A program made the position numbers and the translations under genes. Under the pieces are notes generated by a model, which had not been told where the DNA came from, made no database searches, and was given only the letters and a program-made list of their open reading frames with translations. From the NCBI GenBank assembly GCA_035651155.1, contig DASRGG010000005.1, positions 74,503-138,502 of the forward strand: a stretch of DNA of 64,000 bases, read 5' to 3'. Shown in pieces: positions 17,928-28,013 of this stretch (position 1 is its first letter; each line of letters begins with the position of its first letter). This DNA is from Candidatus Limnocylindria bacterium (GTDB lineage Bacteria > Chloroflexota > Limnocylindria > P2-11E).

Positions 17928-20900
17928 TCAAAAGGGCGCGAGCCGCAGCATGGTCGATCTGAGGCCGAGGCACGCCTGGATCGACTCGGCCTTCACGTCC
18001 GCGGTCGCGGCGGTGCCGATGAAGCGGATCGAGATGGTGTGGCCGACCCCGGCCGGCGACTGGTTCGTGACGTCGACGCCGACGAGCGTGCCGATGTTCG
18101 GGCCGCCGGCGCAGATGGCGGCGTTCACGATCTGGGCGCCGCTATAGGTCGCGCTCCACGACGCGCGCGGGTTCGGCGGGCTCGCGACCAGACGATCGCC
18201 CGGGTCCGGGACCGCCGCGAGGTACGGCTGCGTCGCGTCCGGCGTGCACACCCAGGTGCCGCCGCTCCGGACGACGCGGTTGCCCCAGCAGCCGAACTCG
18301 AGCGTGTAGCCGCCGCTCGAGCTCGCGAAGTACGTCTTCACGATGCGGCCCTGGTAGGTGACCAGCTTGCCGGCGGTCGCGAGGACCGCGGCGTCGGTGC
18401 GCGGACCCTCGGCCGCGACGCCGCCGTAGCACTGGTCCGACTGGTCGTCGCTCACGTCGTAGTCGCGCGCGGTGCCGCGGTACGACGCGTACGCGTACGA
18501 GCGCGCCGCGTAGGCCTGCGCCTTCAATGCCTCCGGGTGCCACGTGCTCGGCATCTCGTAGGAGATGACGCCGCGCACGTAGTCGTCGTAGCTCACGGCG
18601 TTCACCACGCGCAGCGTGTTGCCGAGGTTGGTGAGCCGGAAGTTGCCGCGGTAGAAGCCGGGCGTGCCGTCCAGGTGGTCGAGCTGCACGAAGCGCAGCG
18701 GCTGGCTCGGATCGAGCGGCACGACCGCGACGCTTGCGAACGATCCGAGGTTGGTGGGCGTCGCGGTGTTGTTGCTCCACACCTGCACCGCGCCGCCGGT
18801 CGCGACGAACTGCCACTTCGCGTTCGGCGCCGCGCGCCCGATCTCGGCGTTCGCGTTCGCCTCGTTGAGCACGCGGAATCCGCCGGCCGACACGACGTCG
18901 CCGAAGTAGCCGTCGAAGTACGCGTTCGTGCCGCAGCGGTAGCGCGACTGCGACGACGGCTGCGAGAGCAGCACGCGGTTGAACGGACGCGCGGCGTCGC
19001 CGAACTGGAACTGCGTGCCCGGGAAGTACTTCTGGATGATCTGCTCGCCGGTCATCGGCGCACCCGTGGCGCCGGTGGCGTAGCCCTGCGCGCCGTACTG
19101 GCTCATGCCCACGCCGTGGCCGAAGCCGCTGCCGTAGAAGACGACGCCGGACACGACGGTGAAGGGCTCGCGCTTGGTCTGCACGTTCACCTGGCTGAAC
19201 CAGGCGACGCCCTCCTGCACGAGATCCCACGCGATGATGTAGTCGCCGACACCCGCGGGCACGGTGACGCGGATCGGCACGGTCGCGGAGGTGAACGCCG
19301 GAACGTCGTTCGGGAGCGTGCCGCGGGCGCCGTCCCACACGTACGTGGTGCCGGTGTTCGCGCCGAAGATGTGGTAGCCGAGGCGCACCGGATTCGCGCC
19401 GCCCGCCGGCCACGCGCGCGGCCCGTAGTTCATCACCGTCACCGTGAGGTCGATGACCGCGCCGATCGTGACCTGCCCCGGCGTCGTCGTCGCGCCGTAG
19501 CCGCCGGAGAGGCCGCTCGTGACGCTGAACGCGGCGCGCGCCGGCGGCGAGCCGCCGTCGGCGAACCAGCCGATGCCCTCGCGGACGAGGTCGATGGCGA
19601 GCGTGTACGTGCCCGACGAGGACGGCGCGGTGAACGCGAGCTGGAGCGTGCGCGAGCCGCCGGGCGCGAGGTCCGCGCCGATCGGCGTGCGCGCGCCGTC
19701 CCACACCACCGTCGCGCCGTCCGCGTCGAAGATGTGATACGAGAGGTTCACCGGATTGGGGCCGCTCCCGCTCCAGGCCTGGTTGCCGGTGTTCGTCACG
19801 GTCACGGCGACGGTCTTCGACTCCGCCCAGTACGCGTCGATCGTCGCGGCGAGCGAGTACGCGGCCGCGTAGCGGATCGCCTCGACCGCCGCGGACGCGC
19901 GGTACGGCGTGCCGCCCATCGCTCCGAACCAGCCGACGCCCTCGCGCACCAGGTCGACGGTCAGCGTGAACGTGCCCGCGACGAGCGGCGCGGTGACGCG
20001 CGCGTTCACCGTGGCGCTCGCGCCAGGCGCGACGTCGGCGGGCAGCGGGGTGCGCACGCCGTCCCACACGACGGTGTTCCCGGTCGCGTCGTGCCAGTGG
20101 TACGACACGTCGATGGGCGTCGCCCCCGTCGCGTTCCACGTCGCGGCGCCGGTGTTCTTCACGGTCACCGGCACCGTGTACGCGCCGCCGGCGACGAACG
20201 CGGGGAGCGACGCCGCGCTCACCTGCGCGACGTACGGCGCGAGCGCGTTCACCGCCATCGCCGGACCGGGCGGGAACCACGCCACGCCTTCCTTCACGAG
20301 CGCGAGCTTCAGGAGGTACGTGCCGGGGGCGGGCGGAAGGACCACGTTCGCGGTGACGGTGCGCTGCGCCGCGGGCGCGACGTCGCCGCCGAGCGGCGTG
20401 CGCACGCCGTCCCACACGACCGCGTTCGCGCCGGTCTGGTCGTACCAGTGGTACGTGAGGTTCACCGGGCTCGCGCCCGTGGCGTTCCAGGTCTGGTTGC
20501 CGGTGTTCGTGAGCGCGACCGCCACCTGGAGCGTGCCGCCCGCCGGTGCGGACGCCGGCGGCGCCGCGACCGTGTAGGCCGCGGTGTACGTCGCGGGCTG
20601 CGCGGTCACGGAGAGCGGCGCGCTCGGCGCGAACCAGGCGATGCCTTCCTTCACGAGCGCGAAACGGAGGAGGTACCGGCCGGGGCTCGCGGGCACGACG
20701 ACCGTCGCGGTCACGGTGCGCTGGCCCTGCGGCGCGACGTCCGCGCCGAGCGGCGTGCGCACGCCGTCCCACACGACCGCGGTCGATCCGCTCGCGTCGT
20801 ACCAGTGGTAGGTGAGGTTCACCGGGTTCGCGCCGGTCGAGGTCCACGCCTCGTCGCCGGTGTTCGTGAGCTGCACCGCCACGGCGATCGTGGCGCCCGC

Positions 20901-21038
20901 GGCGACCGCGGCCGGCGGCGTGGGTACCGCGTACGTCGCGGCGAGCACGCCGAGCGGCGCCGCGAACGAGGCGCTCCCGAGGATGCCGGTCACGATCGCG
21001 GCCGCGACGAGGGGCGCGAAACGACGGCTCATCGGCAC
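17928..21038 (-). CDS. Secreted SpoIID/LytB-domain protein (lytic transglycosylase/amidase enhancer family) with 5 N-terminal FW/NBR1-like repeats
   Basis: Signal peptide. Five repeats (QLTNTGDEAWTSTGANPVNLTYHWYDASG..VVWDGVRTPL...GRYLLRFALVKEGIAWF and similar). The C-terminal SpoIID/LytB signatures are GSGFGHGVGMSQYGAQGYA, EMPSTWHPEALKAQAYAARSYA, YFASSSGGYT. Confidence 0.8.
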   Translation of the reverse strand: MPMSRRFAPLVAAAIVTGILGSASFAAPLGVLAATYAVPTPPAAVAAGATIAVAVQLTNTGDEAWTSTGANPVNLTYHWYDASGSTAVVWDGVRTPLGADVAPQGQRTVTATVVVPASPGRYLLRFALVKEGIAWFAPSAPLSVTAQPATYTAAYTVAAPPASAPAGGTLQVAVALTNTGNQTWNATGASPVNLTYHWYDQTGANAVVWDGVRTPLGGDVAPAAQRTVTANVVLPPAPGTYLLKLALVKEGVAWFPPGPAMAVNALAPYVAQVSAASLPAFVAGGAYTVPVTVKNTGAATWNATGATPIDVSYHWHDATGNTVVWDGVRTPLPADVAPGASATVNARVTAPLVAGTFTLTVDLVREGVGWFGAMGGTPYRASAAVEAIRYAAAYSLAATIDAYWAESKTVAVTVTNTGNQAWSGSGPNPVNLSYHIFDADGATVVWDGARTPIGADLAPGGSRTLQLAFTAPSSSGTYTLAIDLVREGIGWFADGGSPPARAAFSVTSGLSGGYGATTTPGQVTIGAVIDLTVTVMNYGPRAWPAGGANPVRLGYHIFGANTGTTYVWDGARGTLPNDVPAFTSATVPIRVTVPAGVGDYIIAWDLVQEGVAWFSQVNVQTKREPFTVVSGVVFYGSGFGHGVGMSQYGAQGYATGATGAPMTGEQIIQKYFPGTQFQFGDAARPFNRVLLSQPSSQSRYRCGTNAYFDGYFGDVVSAGGFRVLNEANANAEIGRAAPNAKWQFVATGGAVQVWSNNTATPTNLGSFASVAVVPLDPSQPLRFVQLDHLDGTPGFYRGNFRLTNLGNTLRVVNAVSYDDYVRGVISYEMPSTWHPEALKAQAYAARSYAYASYRGTARDYDVSDDQSDQCYGGVAAEGPRTDAAVLATAGKLVTYQGRIVKTYFASSSGGYTLEFGCWGNRVVRSGGTWVCTPDATQPYLAAVPDPGDRLVASPPNPRASWSATYSGAQIVNAAICAGGPNIGTLVGVDVTNQSPAGVGHTISIRFIGTAATADVKAESIQACLGLRSTMLRLAPF

Positions 21039-21084
21039 GACGCCGCCAAGGTCCTCACGGTCGTGACGTTACACAACCGGCGCG

Positions 21085-23799
21085 TCATGGGACGAAGGTC
21101 ACCGGGCGCGTCGCGCCCGCCCCGAACCAGCGGACACCTTCCGACACCAGATCGATCGTCGCCGACGCGGCGCCCGCGGGCACGGGGCCGAGCGCGACGG
21201 AGAGCGCGATCGTCTCGCCGGGCGCGACGTCGCGCGGCAGCGCGGTCCGCGGGCCGTCCCACACGAGGACGTTGCCGGCGGCGTCGTACCAGTGCACCGA
21301 CGCGCGCACCGGGGCGGGCCCGCCGGCGGTCCAGAGCGCGCTCGTGACGTTCGTGACCGTGGTCTGCGCGACCGGCGCCGCGCGCGACACCGACAGCGGA
21401 CCGGTCGGCAGCCGCGCGCGGTAGTCGGCGACGACGAGCAGCGGCACGTCGCCGGTCGCGATGCCGAGGCCGCTGAACCACGCGACGCCCTCGCGGACCA
21501 GGTCCACGCGCGCGCGATACGCGCCCGGCGCGAGCGGCGCGTCGACCGCGACCTGGTAGCTGCCCGACGCGCCCGGCGCGACGTCCGCGGCGAGCGCGGT
21601 GCGGGCGCCGTCCCAGAGGACGACGTTCCCGCTCGCGTCGACGACGTGCGCGGCGAGGCGCACGGGGTTCGCGCCGGCCGCGGGCCACGCGAGGATGCCG
21701 TCGTTGCGGACGCCGACCGTCACACTGGCGCGCTCGCCGGGAAGGAGCGTCGCGATCGCGCCCGGCGTGTACGAGGCCGCGAAGCCCGAGGTCACCGAGT
21801 AGGTGATGTCGCGCGTGGGAACGCCCTCGCCGCTGAACCACGACACGCCTTCCTGGACGAGGTCGAGCCGCAGCGTGTACGTGCCGAGATCGGCGGGCGC
21901 GCTGACCGGCAGCTGCACGGTAACGGTCTGCCCGGGTTGGACGTCGGCCGTGAATGGGGCCCGCGCCCCGTCCCAGAGCACGGTCGTGCCCCCGCGCAGC
22001 CAGTGGTAGGAGAGGCGGACCGGGTTCGCGCCGGCCGCGGCCCAGGATCGGGTCCCGGTGTTCACGAGCGTCACCGCGAGCGCCGTCGCGGGCGCGCCGC
22101 TGACGAGCGTCGCGCTGGTGGCGGTCGTCGCGTACGACGCGCCGAGGCCCGACCCGACCGCGACGGCGACGTCCGCGGGTGCCACGCCGTACGCGGAGAA
22201 CCAGCCGATGCCCTCGCGCACGAGGTCGAAGCGCAGCGTGTACGCGCCGCGCGTCGGCGGCGCGAGCACGGTCGCCGTGGTCGTGACGGTGGCGCCGGGC
22301 TGCACGTCGCTCGGCAGCGTCGCGCGGACGCCGTCCCAGACGACGACGTTGCCGTTCGCGTCGAGCCAGTGGTACGAGAGGTGGACGGGGTTCGTGCCGC
22401 CGGCGGCCCAGATGCCGGGCGACGTGTTCGTCAGCGTGACCTTCGCGCTGAAGAGGTCGCCGGAGGTCACCGAGCGCGCCACCGCGCTCGTGTCGTACCT
22501 CGCGCCGAAGGGCGGCAGCGTCGCGGTCACCGCGCGCAGCGCGTTGAGGCGCCCCGCCCCGTACGCGACGTCGGGGCCCGGCGGACCGAGGTCGTCGGCG
22601 GTGGACTCGAGGCGCTGCAGGACCTGCGTCGCGGTGAGGCTCGGGTCCATTCCCAGGAGGAGCGCGGCGAGGCCGGTCGCGAAGGGCGTCGCCTGCGAGG
22701 TGCCGGAGAACGCGGCGTAGCTCATCGAGCCGCCGCGGTCCGATTGGTACGTCGGGTAGTGCGGCGTCGTGCTCACGATGCGGACGCCCGGCGCCGACAC
22801 GCCGACCTGCGGGCCCTGCGTGGAGAACGGCGCGATCGTGTCGTCGGTGGAGGTCGCGCCGACCGCGAGCACGCCGGGATAGCCGGCCGGGTACTCGACG
22901 AGGTTCCGCGTGTTGAGGCAGCGCGTCGACGCGACGCCGCAGTTGCCCGCGGCGGCGATGATGAGCACGTTGCGCTGGATCGCGTACTGCACGGCCGACT
23001 GGAGCGTGCCGCTGTCGCTCGACGAGCCGAGGCTGATGTTGACCGCGCGCGCGCCGTGATCGACCGCGTACACGATCGCCTGCGCGATGTCCGAGATCGA
23101 TCCGCTGCCGGTGCAGTCGAGCGCCTTGATCGGAAGGATGCGCGCGTTCGGCGCGATGCCGACGATGCCGATCCCGTTGTTCGCGTCCGCGGCGATGACC
23201 CCGGCGACGTGCGTGCCGTGTGAGTTGTCGTCCGTGCCGGCCGTGTCGGCGTTGCAGCCCGTCGCCTGCGCCGACAGGATCGTCGTCCCCGGAAGGACGA
23301 CGCCCGCGAGGTCGGGGTGGCCGGCGTCGACGCCGGTATCGATGACGGCGACGGTCGTCGGCGTGGTCGCGGTCACGAGGTCGCGCGCGCGATCGAGGAG
23401 GATCTTCCTCGCGCCCCACTGGCCGAGGCCGACGTACGGGTCGGTCGTCCAGAGCGGATCGTTCGGCGTGAAGTCGAGGTGCACGCGCGCGTCGTTCTCG
23501 ACCCGCAGGACGCCGGGCCGCGCGGCCAGCGCCGCGAGGAGGACGGCGCCGTCGGCGCCGCGCTCGAGCGGCGCCGCGATGCGGGTCACGCCGATGCCGC
23601 GGAGCTCGACCTCCACGACGCCGCCCACCGCGGCCGCGGCGGCGGCATGGTCGGCGTCGGTCGTCCCGGCCGCGAACTGGACGAGGACGCGAACGGTCTC
23701 CGCCGGCACGGACGCCGCCCGAGCGGGCGACGGGCCGGCCGCCAGCATCGCGGCGACGACCAGGGCGATGCCGACCCGGCCGAGGGCGCTTCCGTGCAC
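21085..23799 (-). CDS. Secreted subtilisin-like S8 serine protease with 4 C-terminal FW/NBR1-like repeats
   Basis: Signal peptide and pro-region. Catalytic triad motifs VAVIDTGVD (Asp), HGTHVAGV (His) and GTSQATP (Ser). These are followed by 4 repeats (VTLTNTSPGIWAAGGTNPVHLSYHWLDANGNVVVWDGVRATLPSDVQPG... and similar). Confidence 0.8.
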   Translation of the reverse strand: MHGSALGRVGIALVVAAMLAAGPSPARAASVPAETVRVLVQFAAGTTDADHAAAAAAVGGVVEVELRGIGVTRIAAPLERGADGAVLLAALAARPGVLRVENDARVHLDFTPNDPLWTTDPYVGLGQWGARKILLDRARDLVTATTPTTVAVIDTGVDAGHPDLAGVVLPGTTILSAQATGCNADTAGTDDNSHGTHVAGVIAADANNGIGIVGIAPNARILPIKALDCTGSGSISDIAQAIVYAVDHGARAVNISLGSSSDSGTLQSAVQYAIQRNVLIIAAAGNCGVASTRCLNTRNLVEYPAGYPGVLAVGATSTDDTIAPFSTQGPQVGVSAPGVRIVSTTPHYPTYQSDRGGSMSYAAFSGTSQATPFATGLAALLLGMDPSLTATQVLQRLESTADDLGPPGPDVAYGAGRLNALRAVTATLPPFGARYDTSAVARSVTSGDLFSAKVTLTNTSPGIWAAGGTNPVHLSYHWLDANGNVVVWDGVRATLPSDVQPGATVTTTATVLAPPTRGAYTLRFDLVREGIGWFSAYGVAPADVAVAVGSGLGASYATTATSATLVSGAPATALAVTLVNTGTRSWAAAGANPVRLSYHWLRGGTTVLWDGARAPFTADVQPGQTVTVQLPVSAPADLGTYTLRLDLVQEGVSWFSGEGVPTRDITYSVTSGFAASYTPGAIATLLPGERASVTVGVRNDGILAWPAAGANPVRLAAHVVDASGNVVLWDGARTALAADVAPGASGSYQVAVDAPLAPGAYRARVDLVREGVAWFSGLGIATGDVPLLVVADYRARLPTGPLSVSRAAPVAQTTVTNVTSALWTAGGPAPVRASVHWYDAAGNVLVWDGPRTALPRDVAPGETIALSVALGPVPAGAASATIDLVSEGVRWFGAGATRPVTFVP

Positions 23800-23829
23800 A
23801 GAAGGATTATTCGACGCGGGGCCGGGAAG

Positions 23830-24672
23830 TTATGGGGTCGTCCGCACGACGAGCACGTTCTCGAGGCGGCGGAGGTCCACGGCCGGAGCGATGATCGCGC
23901 GTTGATACGCCGCCGCCTCCGCGTTCTGCAGCTGGACCACTTTCCCGATCACCAGTCCCTTCGGATACAGGGAGCGCAGCTCCTCGCCGAGCCCCAGGCC
24001 GGCCGTCACGACGACGTCGCCGGGCCGCACCTTCTCGGTCTGGAGGATCCATTCCATGATCAGCGCGTCCCCGTACTGGCCGCGGACGATGCCCGTCGCG
24101 CGCGATCCCTCCACCAGCGCGGAGAGCGTCGACGCCGGGTCCGTGACGAGGAGCACCTTGCTGTAGTTCGCGCCGGCCTCGGTGATGCGGCCCACCAGGC
24201 CCTGGTCCGACACGACCACGTGACCGGCCTTCACGCCCTCGTTCGTGCCGACGCCGAGCACGACGGTCGCGAGGATGTTCGAGGGGTCGCGCGCGATCAC
24301 GGTCGCGCGCACCGTGTCGAACGGCAGCGTCTTCGCGACCTCGCCCAGCTTCGCGGCCTGTTGCGCCGCGAACGCGGCCTCGCGCAGCTTCACGTTCTCG
24401 AGCGTGAGGCGGTCGACCTCCTCGCGGAGATTCGCGTTGTCCGCACGCAGGCGCTGGATCTCGGCGATCGCCTGCGTGAATTGGTTCACGGTGATGCCCG
24501 CGTCGGCGAGGACGCGCTGCACCGGCACGAGCAGCTCGGTGCCGGTCGTCGCGAGCGAGCGCAGCGGATCCCAGTTCCGCGCGAGGAGCAGGAGCGTGGA
24601 CACGACCAGCAGGGCCGCGAACGATCGGACGAAGCCGTTCTGGGCGCGGCGGGTCCGACCCAGGCTTGCCAC
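23830..24672 (-). CDS. mreC: Rod shape-determining protein MreC
   Basis: N-terminal TM segment, a coiled-coil (QAIAEIQRLRADNANLREEVDRLTLENVKLRE) and C-terminal beta domains (VVSDQGLVGRITEAGANYSKVLLVTD). Sits immediately downstream of mreB. Confidence 0.8.
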   Translation of the reverse strand: MASLGRTRRAQNGFVRSFAALLVVSTLLLLARNWDPLRSLATTGTELLVPVQRVLADAGITVNQFTQAIAEIQRLRADNANLREEVDRLTLENVKLREAAFAAQQAAKLGEVAKTLPFDTVRATVIARDPSNILATVVLGVGTNEGVKAGHVVVSDQGLVGRITEAGANYSKVLLVTDPASTLSALVEGSRATGIVRGQYGDALIMEWILQTEKVRPGDVVVTAGLGLGEELRSLYPKGLVIGKVVQLQNAEAAAYQRAIIAPAVDLRRLENVLVVRTTP

Positions 24673-24675
24673 GCG

Positions 24676-25725
24676 CTACCGCGGCGCCATCTCGTAGGTC
24701 TCCATCACCAGGCTGCGGTCGTAGGTGACGAGATCCTCGAGGATCTTGCCGCACCCGCGCACCACGCACGTCAGCGGATCCTCCGCCACGTGCACGGCCA
24801 TCTGCGTCGCCTCGGCGACGCGCGTGTCGAGACCGCGCAAGAGGGCGCCGCCGCCCGCGAGGTAGATGCCCTGGTCCATGACGTCCGCGACGAGCTCGGG
24901 CGGCGTCTCCTCGATGGTGAGCTTGATCGCGTCGACGATCTGCTCCACCGACGGCTCGATGGCCTCGCGGATCTGCGCGCTCGTCACCTCGATCGATCGC
25001 GGCAGGCCCGTCAGCAGATCGCGGCCGCGGAAGAACGTGGAGACCTCTTCGTCGAGCGGGTACGCGGAGCCGATCGCGATCTTGATGTCCTCGGCGGTGC
25101 GCTCGCCCATGAGGAGATTGAACTCGCGCCGCGCGTACGCGACGATGTCGGCGTCCATCTCGTCGCCGCCGATGCGGATCGAGCGGGAGACGACGATGCC
25201 GCCGAGCGAGGTCACCGCGACCTCGGTCGTGCCGCCGCCGATGTCCACGATCATCGAGCCGGACGGCTCGTTCACCGGAAGACCCGCGCCGATCGCCGCG
25301 GCCATCGGCTCTTCCACCAGACGCGCCCAGCGCGCGCCGGCCTGCATCGCGGCGTCCTGCACCGCGCGCTTCTCCACCTCGGTCACACCCGACGGGATCC
25401 CGACGACGACGCGCGGTCGCGGAAAGAGCAGCGCGCGGTCGTGCACCTTGTCGATGTAGTGCTTGAGCATGAGCTCGGTCATGTCAGCGTCGCTGATGAC
25501 GCCGTCCTTCAGCGGACGGATCGCGACGATGCCGGCCGGCGTGCGACCGACCATGCGCTTCGCCTCGGCGCCGATCGCGAGCGGCGCGCCCGTGCGCACG
25601 TCCTTCGCGACGACCGAGGGCTCGGCGATGACGATGCCGCGCCCACGCACCCAGACGAGCGTGTTCGCAGTGCCGAGGTCGATACCGATGTCACGTGAGA
25701 AGAGGCCGAACAGGCCATCGAGCAC
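24676..25725 (-). CDS. mreB: Rod shape-determining actin homolog MreB
   Basis: Probable GTG start (VLDGLFGLFSRDIGIDLGTANTLVW...). Full actin-fold signatures (DIGGGTTEVAV, AGGGALLRGLD). The 287 upstream codons of the track ORF are Arg-rich artefact. Confidence 0.85.
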   Translation of the reverse strand: MLDGLFGLFSRDIGIDLGTANTLVWVRGRGIVIAEPSVVAKDVRTGAPLAIGAEAKRMVGRTPAGIVAIRPLKDGVISDADMTELMLKHYIDKVHDRALLFPRPRVVVGIPSGVTEVEKRAVQDAAMQAGARWARLVEEPMAAAIGAGLPVNEPSGSMIVDIGGGTTEVAVTSLGGIVVSRSIRIGGDEMDADIVAYARREFNLLMGERTAEDIKIAIGSAYPLDEEVSTFFRGRDLLTGLPRSIEVTSAQIREAIEPSVEQIVDAIKLTIEETPPELVADVMDQGIYLAGGGALLRGLDTRVAEATQMAVHVAEDPLTCVVRGCGKILEDLVTYDRSLVMETYEMAPR

Positions 25726-25823
25726 GGCGAGCTGATTCCCTTCCGATGCGCAGCCGGATCGCTCGAAGCATAACGGCGTGTGAACGCGAAACGCGCGCGT
25801 GAGGCGCGCCGATCGGTCGGCTG

Positions 25824-27194
25824 CTAGTCGCGCGTCGTCGGCGTCGGCGTCCGATTGGGGGTCGGCGCGGGCGCGACGGTCGTGCCGGACGTGCGTGTCG
25901 ACGTCGCGGTCGGTCGGATGGTCGCCGTCGGACGCGGCGTCGGGCGCGGCGTGGGCCGTGGCGTCGTCGGCCGCCGCGTGGGCGCGGGCGTGGCCGGACG
26001 GCGGAAGACCGGAGCGCGTGTCGGGTCCGGCGCGGGCGCGCCGGGGACGAGGCGGGCCTCGCCGGCGCCCGACAGTCCGGAGAGGCGGATGGGCTGGTAG
26101 CGGCTGTCGTACGCGACGACGCGGTGGACGGCCCGCGGCGGCGTCTCCTCGTACACCCACATCGCGGTGTGCTCGGCGTTCGCCCAGGCCTCGAAGATCC
26201 GGATGTGCCCGAAATGGGCCGGATCGCGTCCGGTGGTGAGGTTCACCGCGTCTCCGGGCCGGAGGTCCTCCTTGCTGATCGGGAAGGACACGTTCCAGAT
26301 GGAGTCGGTGGTGTAGCGCGAGACGCCCCAGGTCCAGCTCACGTACGCCGAGCAGTCCATCCCGCCGGCGGTGGAGCTGCCGCCCCAGACGTAGCGGAGG
26401 CCGAGCAGGCTCGCGGCGCGCTCGAGGATGCGGTTGCGGATGGCGACGGTGGGGTCCGCGACGACGACGGCCGGCTCGGGCGCCGGAGGCGGTGGTGGCG
26501 GCGGGACGGGAGCGGGCGCGCTCGCGCCGCGCGGATCGCCGGTGAAGGTGCCGACGGCGGTGCGCAGCAGCGGCTCGAACGCGCTCCACGCGCCGTCGGC
26601 CGCGGCGGCGCGGACGACGAGGACGCGATCCGAATCGCGCGAGTAGAGGAACCGCGTGAGGACGTGCAGGCCTTCGTAGGTCGCCTCGTCCTCGCGCGTC
26701 GTGAAGTGCGGAACGCTGCCGAGCTCGCGGTCGCCGCGCACCGTCCGGTCCATCAGGAGGATGTCGCTGCCCTCGCGGGCGACGCCGACCGAGATGACGG
26801 CGGTGGCGTCGGCGATCAGGCCGCTCGTGACCGGGATCGGGGCGGCATACAGCCGCGGGTCGCCCACGCGGACCTGAAAGCGCGCGACCTCCTGGACCGG
26901 CTCGGGCGGGTCGGACACGGGGTTGAGCGCGGTGTCCGGGCTGCGCACCCAGCCGGCGGGTGGCGTGATCGAGATGCCGAGCTCGGCGTCCGCGAAGCGC
27001 TCGGTCCTGGGCAGGTCGGGGTCGCGCAGCTCGGTGGGCTGGACGTGCACGGGCGAGGTGATCGCGACGGCCTCGTCGAGCGCGCCCGCGTGGCGGGAGC
27101 CCGGCATCGGGGCGGCGACGACGAGGATGGCGGCGACGGCCAGCAGGGCACGCTGCGCCACAGGGAAAAGGAAGGCTCCCACCTGGGCTACCAA
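25824..27194 (-). CDS. Secreted NlpC/P60 (C40) cell-wall peptidase with Pro/Thr-rich C-terminal tail
   Basis: Signal peptide MVAQVGAFLFPVAQRALLAVAAILVVAAP. The NlpC/P60 core is LLGLRYVWGGSSTAGGMDCSAYVSWTW...HFGHIRIF (Cys-His-His). Poly-Pro linker (PVPPPPPPPAP). The C-terminal 60 aa is a PT-rich low-complexity tail. Confidence 0.7.
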   Translation of the reverse strand: MVAQVGAFLFPVAQRALLAVAAILVVAAPMPGSRHAGALDEAVAITSPVHVQPTELRDPDLPRTERFADAELGISITPPAGWVRSPDTALNPVSDPPEPVQEVARFQVRVGDPRLYAAPIPVTSGLIADATAVISVGVAREGSDILLMDRTVRGDRELGSVPHFTTREDEATYEGLHVLTRFLYSRDSDRVLVVRAAAADGAWSAFEPLLRTAVGTFTGDPRGASAPAPVPPPPPPPAPEPAVVVADPTVAIRNRILERAASLLGLRYVWGGSSTAGGMDCSAYVSWTWGVSRYTTDSIWNVSFPISKEDLRPGDAVNLTTGRDPAHFGHIRIFEAWANAEHTAMWVYEETPPRAVHRVVAYDSRYQPIRLSGLSGAGEARLVPGAPAPDPTRAPVFRRPATPAPTRRPTTPRPTPRPTPRPTATIRPTATSTRTSGTTVAPAPTPNRTPTPTTRD

Positions 27195-27240
27195 CGAACC
27201 GAGCGGTGACGCGTTTCAGCCTGCGACGTGCTTGACACCG

Positions 27241-27909
27241 CTACGCCAGCGCGCCGGCGCGCCGCAGGCTCACCCAGCGGCCCGCGCCGAACACGAGATG
27301 ATCGACGACCTCGATGCCGAGCAGCCGTCCCGCGGCGACCGCGTCGCGCGTCGTCTTGATGTCGTCGCCCGACGGGGTCGGATCGCCGCTCGGATGGTTG
27401 TGCGCCAGGAGGATGCCGGGCGCGTTGCGGCGGACCGCGTCCCCGAAGAGCTCGGCGATGCGCACCGTCGTCCCCGACACGCTGCCGCGGTACAAAGGAG
27501 TGACCGCCACGAGGCGCTGCTTGCGCGAGAGCAGCGCGACGACGAGCGCCTCGCGCTCGAGATGCGCGAAGTGCGGCGCGAGCGCGACCGCGGCGAGCTC
27601 CGGCGTGTCGCACCGCTCGCCGTCCGCGCCGGCGATGACGACGCGCCGTCCGAGCTCGCACGCCGCGACGACGCGGCCCGCGGTCGCGGGACCGAGCCGC
27701 GCGCGCAGGCTCGCGACGTCGGCCTGACCGAGCGCGCGCAGTCCGCCCACCCCGCGCAGGAGCTCGTTCGCCATCACCAGCGCGGACCGCGCGCGCGTGC
27801 CGCTGCCGATGAGGAGGGCGAGGAGCTCGTCGTCGGAGAGCGCCTGCGCGCCGCGCGCGGCAAGCCGCTCGCGCGGACGCACGGACTCGGGCCACTCGTG
27901 GATCGGCAC
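27241..27909 (-). CDS. RadC-like JAB/MPN-domain protein
   Basis: GTG start (VPIHEWPESVRPRERL...). HNHPSGDPTPSGDDIKTTR is the JAMM HxHx7SxxD motif. The LSDDELLALLIGSG helix-hairpin-helix region is also present. Confidence 0.75.
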   Translation of the reverse strand: MPIHEWPESVRPRERLAARGAQALSDDELLALLIGSGTRARSALVMANELLRGVGGLRALGQADVASLRARLGPATAGRVVAACELGRRVVIAGADGERCDTPELAAVALAPHFAHLEREALVVALLSRKQRLVAVTPLYRGSVSGTTVRIAELFGDAVRRNAPGILLAHNHPSGDPTPSGDDIKTTRDAVAAGRLLGIEVVDHLVFGAGRWVSLRRAGALA

Positions 27910-28013
27910 CCTGCCTTGAGATCGGCAGGTCCTGCCTGGTCCGGAAAACCGGACCTCGCGGTCGCCGAGCTCGCGCGCCAGAAACGAGAGAACGGACCTC
28001 TGACACCGGCGCG

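Noticed and set aside
17781-23419. Long plus and minus alternative-frame ORFs (1188, 901, 796, 643 aa) over the SpoIID and S8 protease genes
   Set aside because: Arg/Gly/Asp-rich with no motifs. The annotated frames contain signal peptides, catalytic triads and FW repeats.
25726-26589. N-terminal 287 codons of the 637-aa track ORF upstream of mreB
   Set aside because: Arg/Pro/His-rich. It overlaps the NlpC/P60 gene in another frame. MreB aligns from the internal GTG (VLDGLFGLFSRD...).
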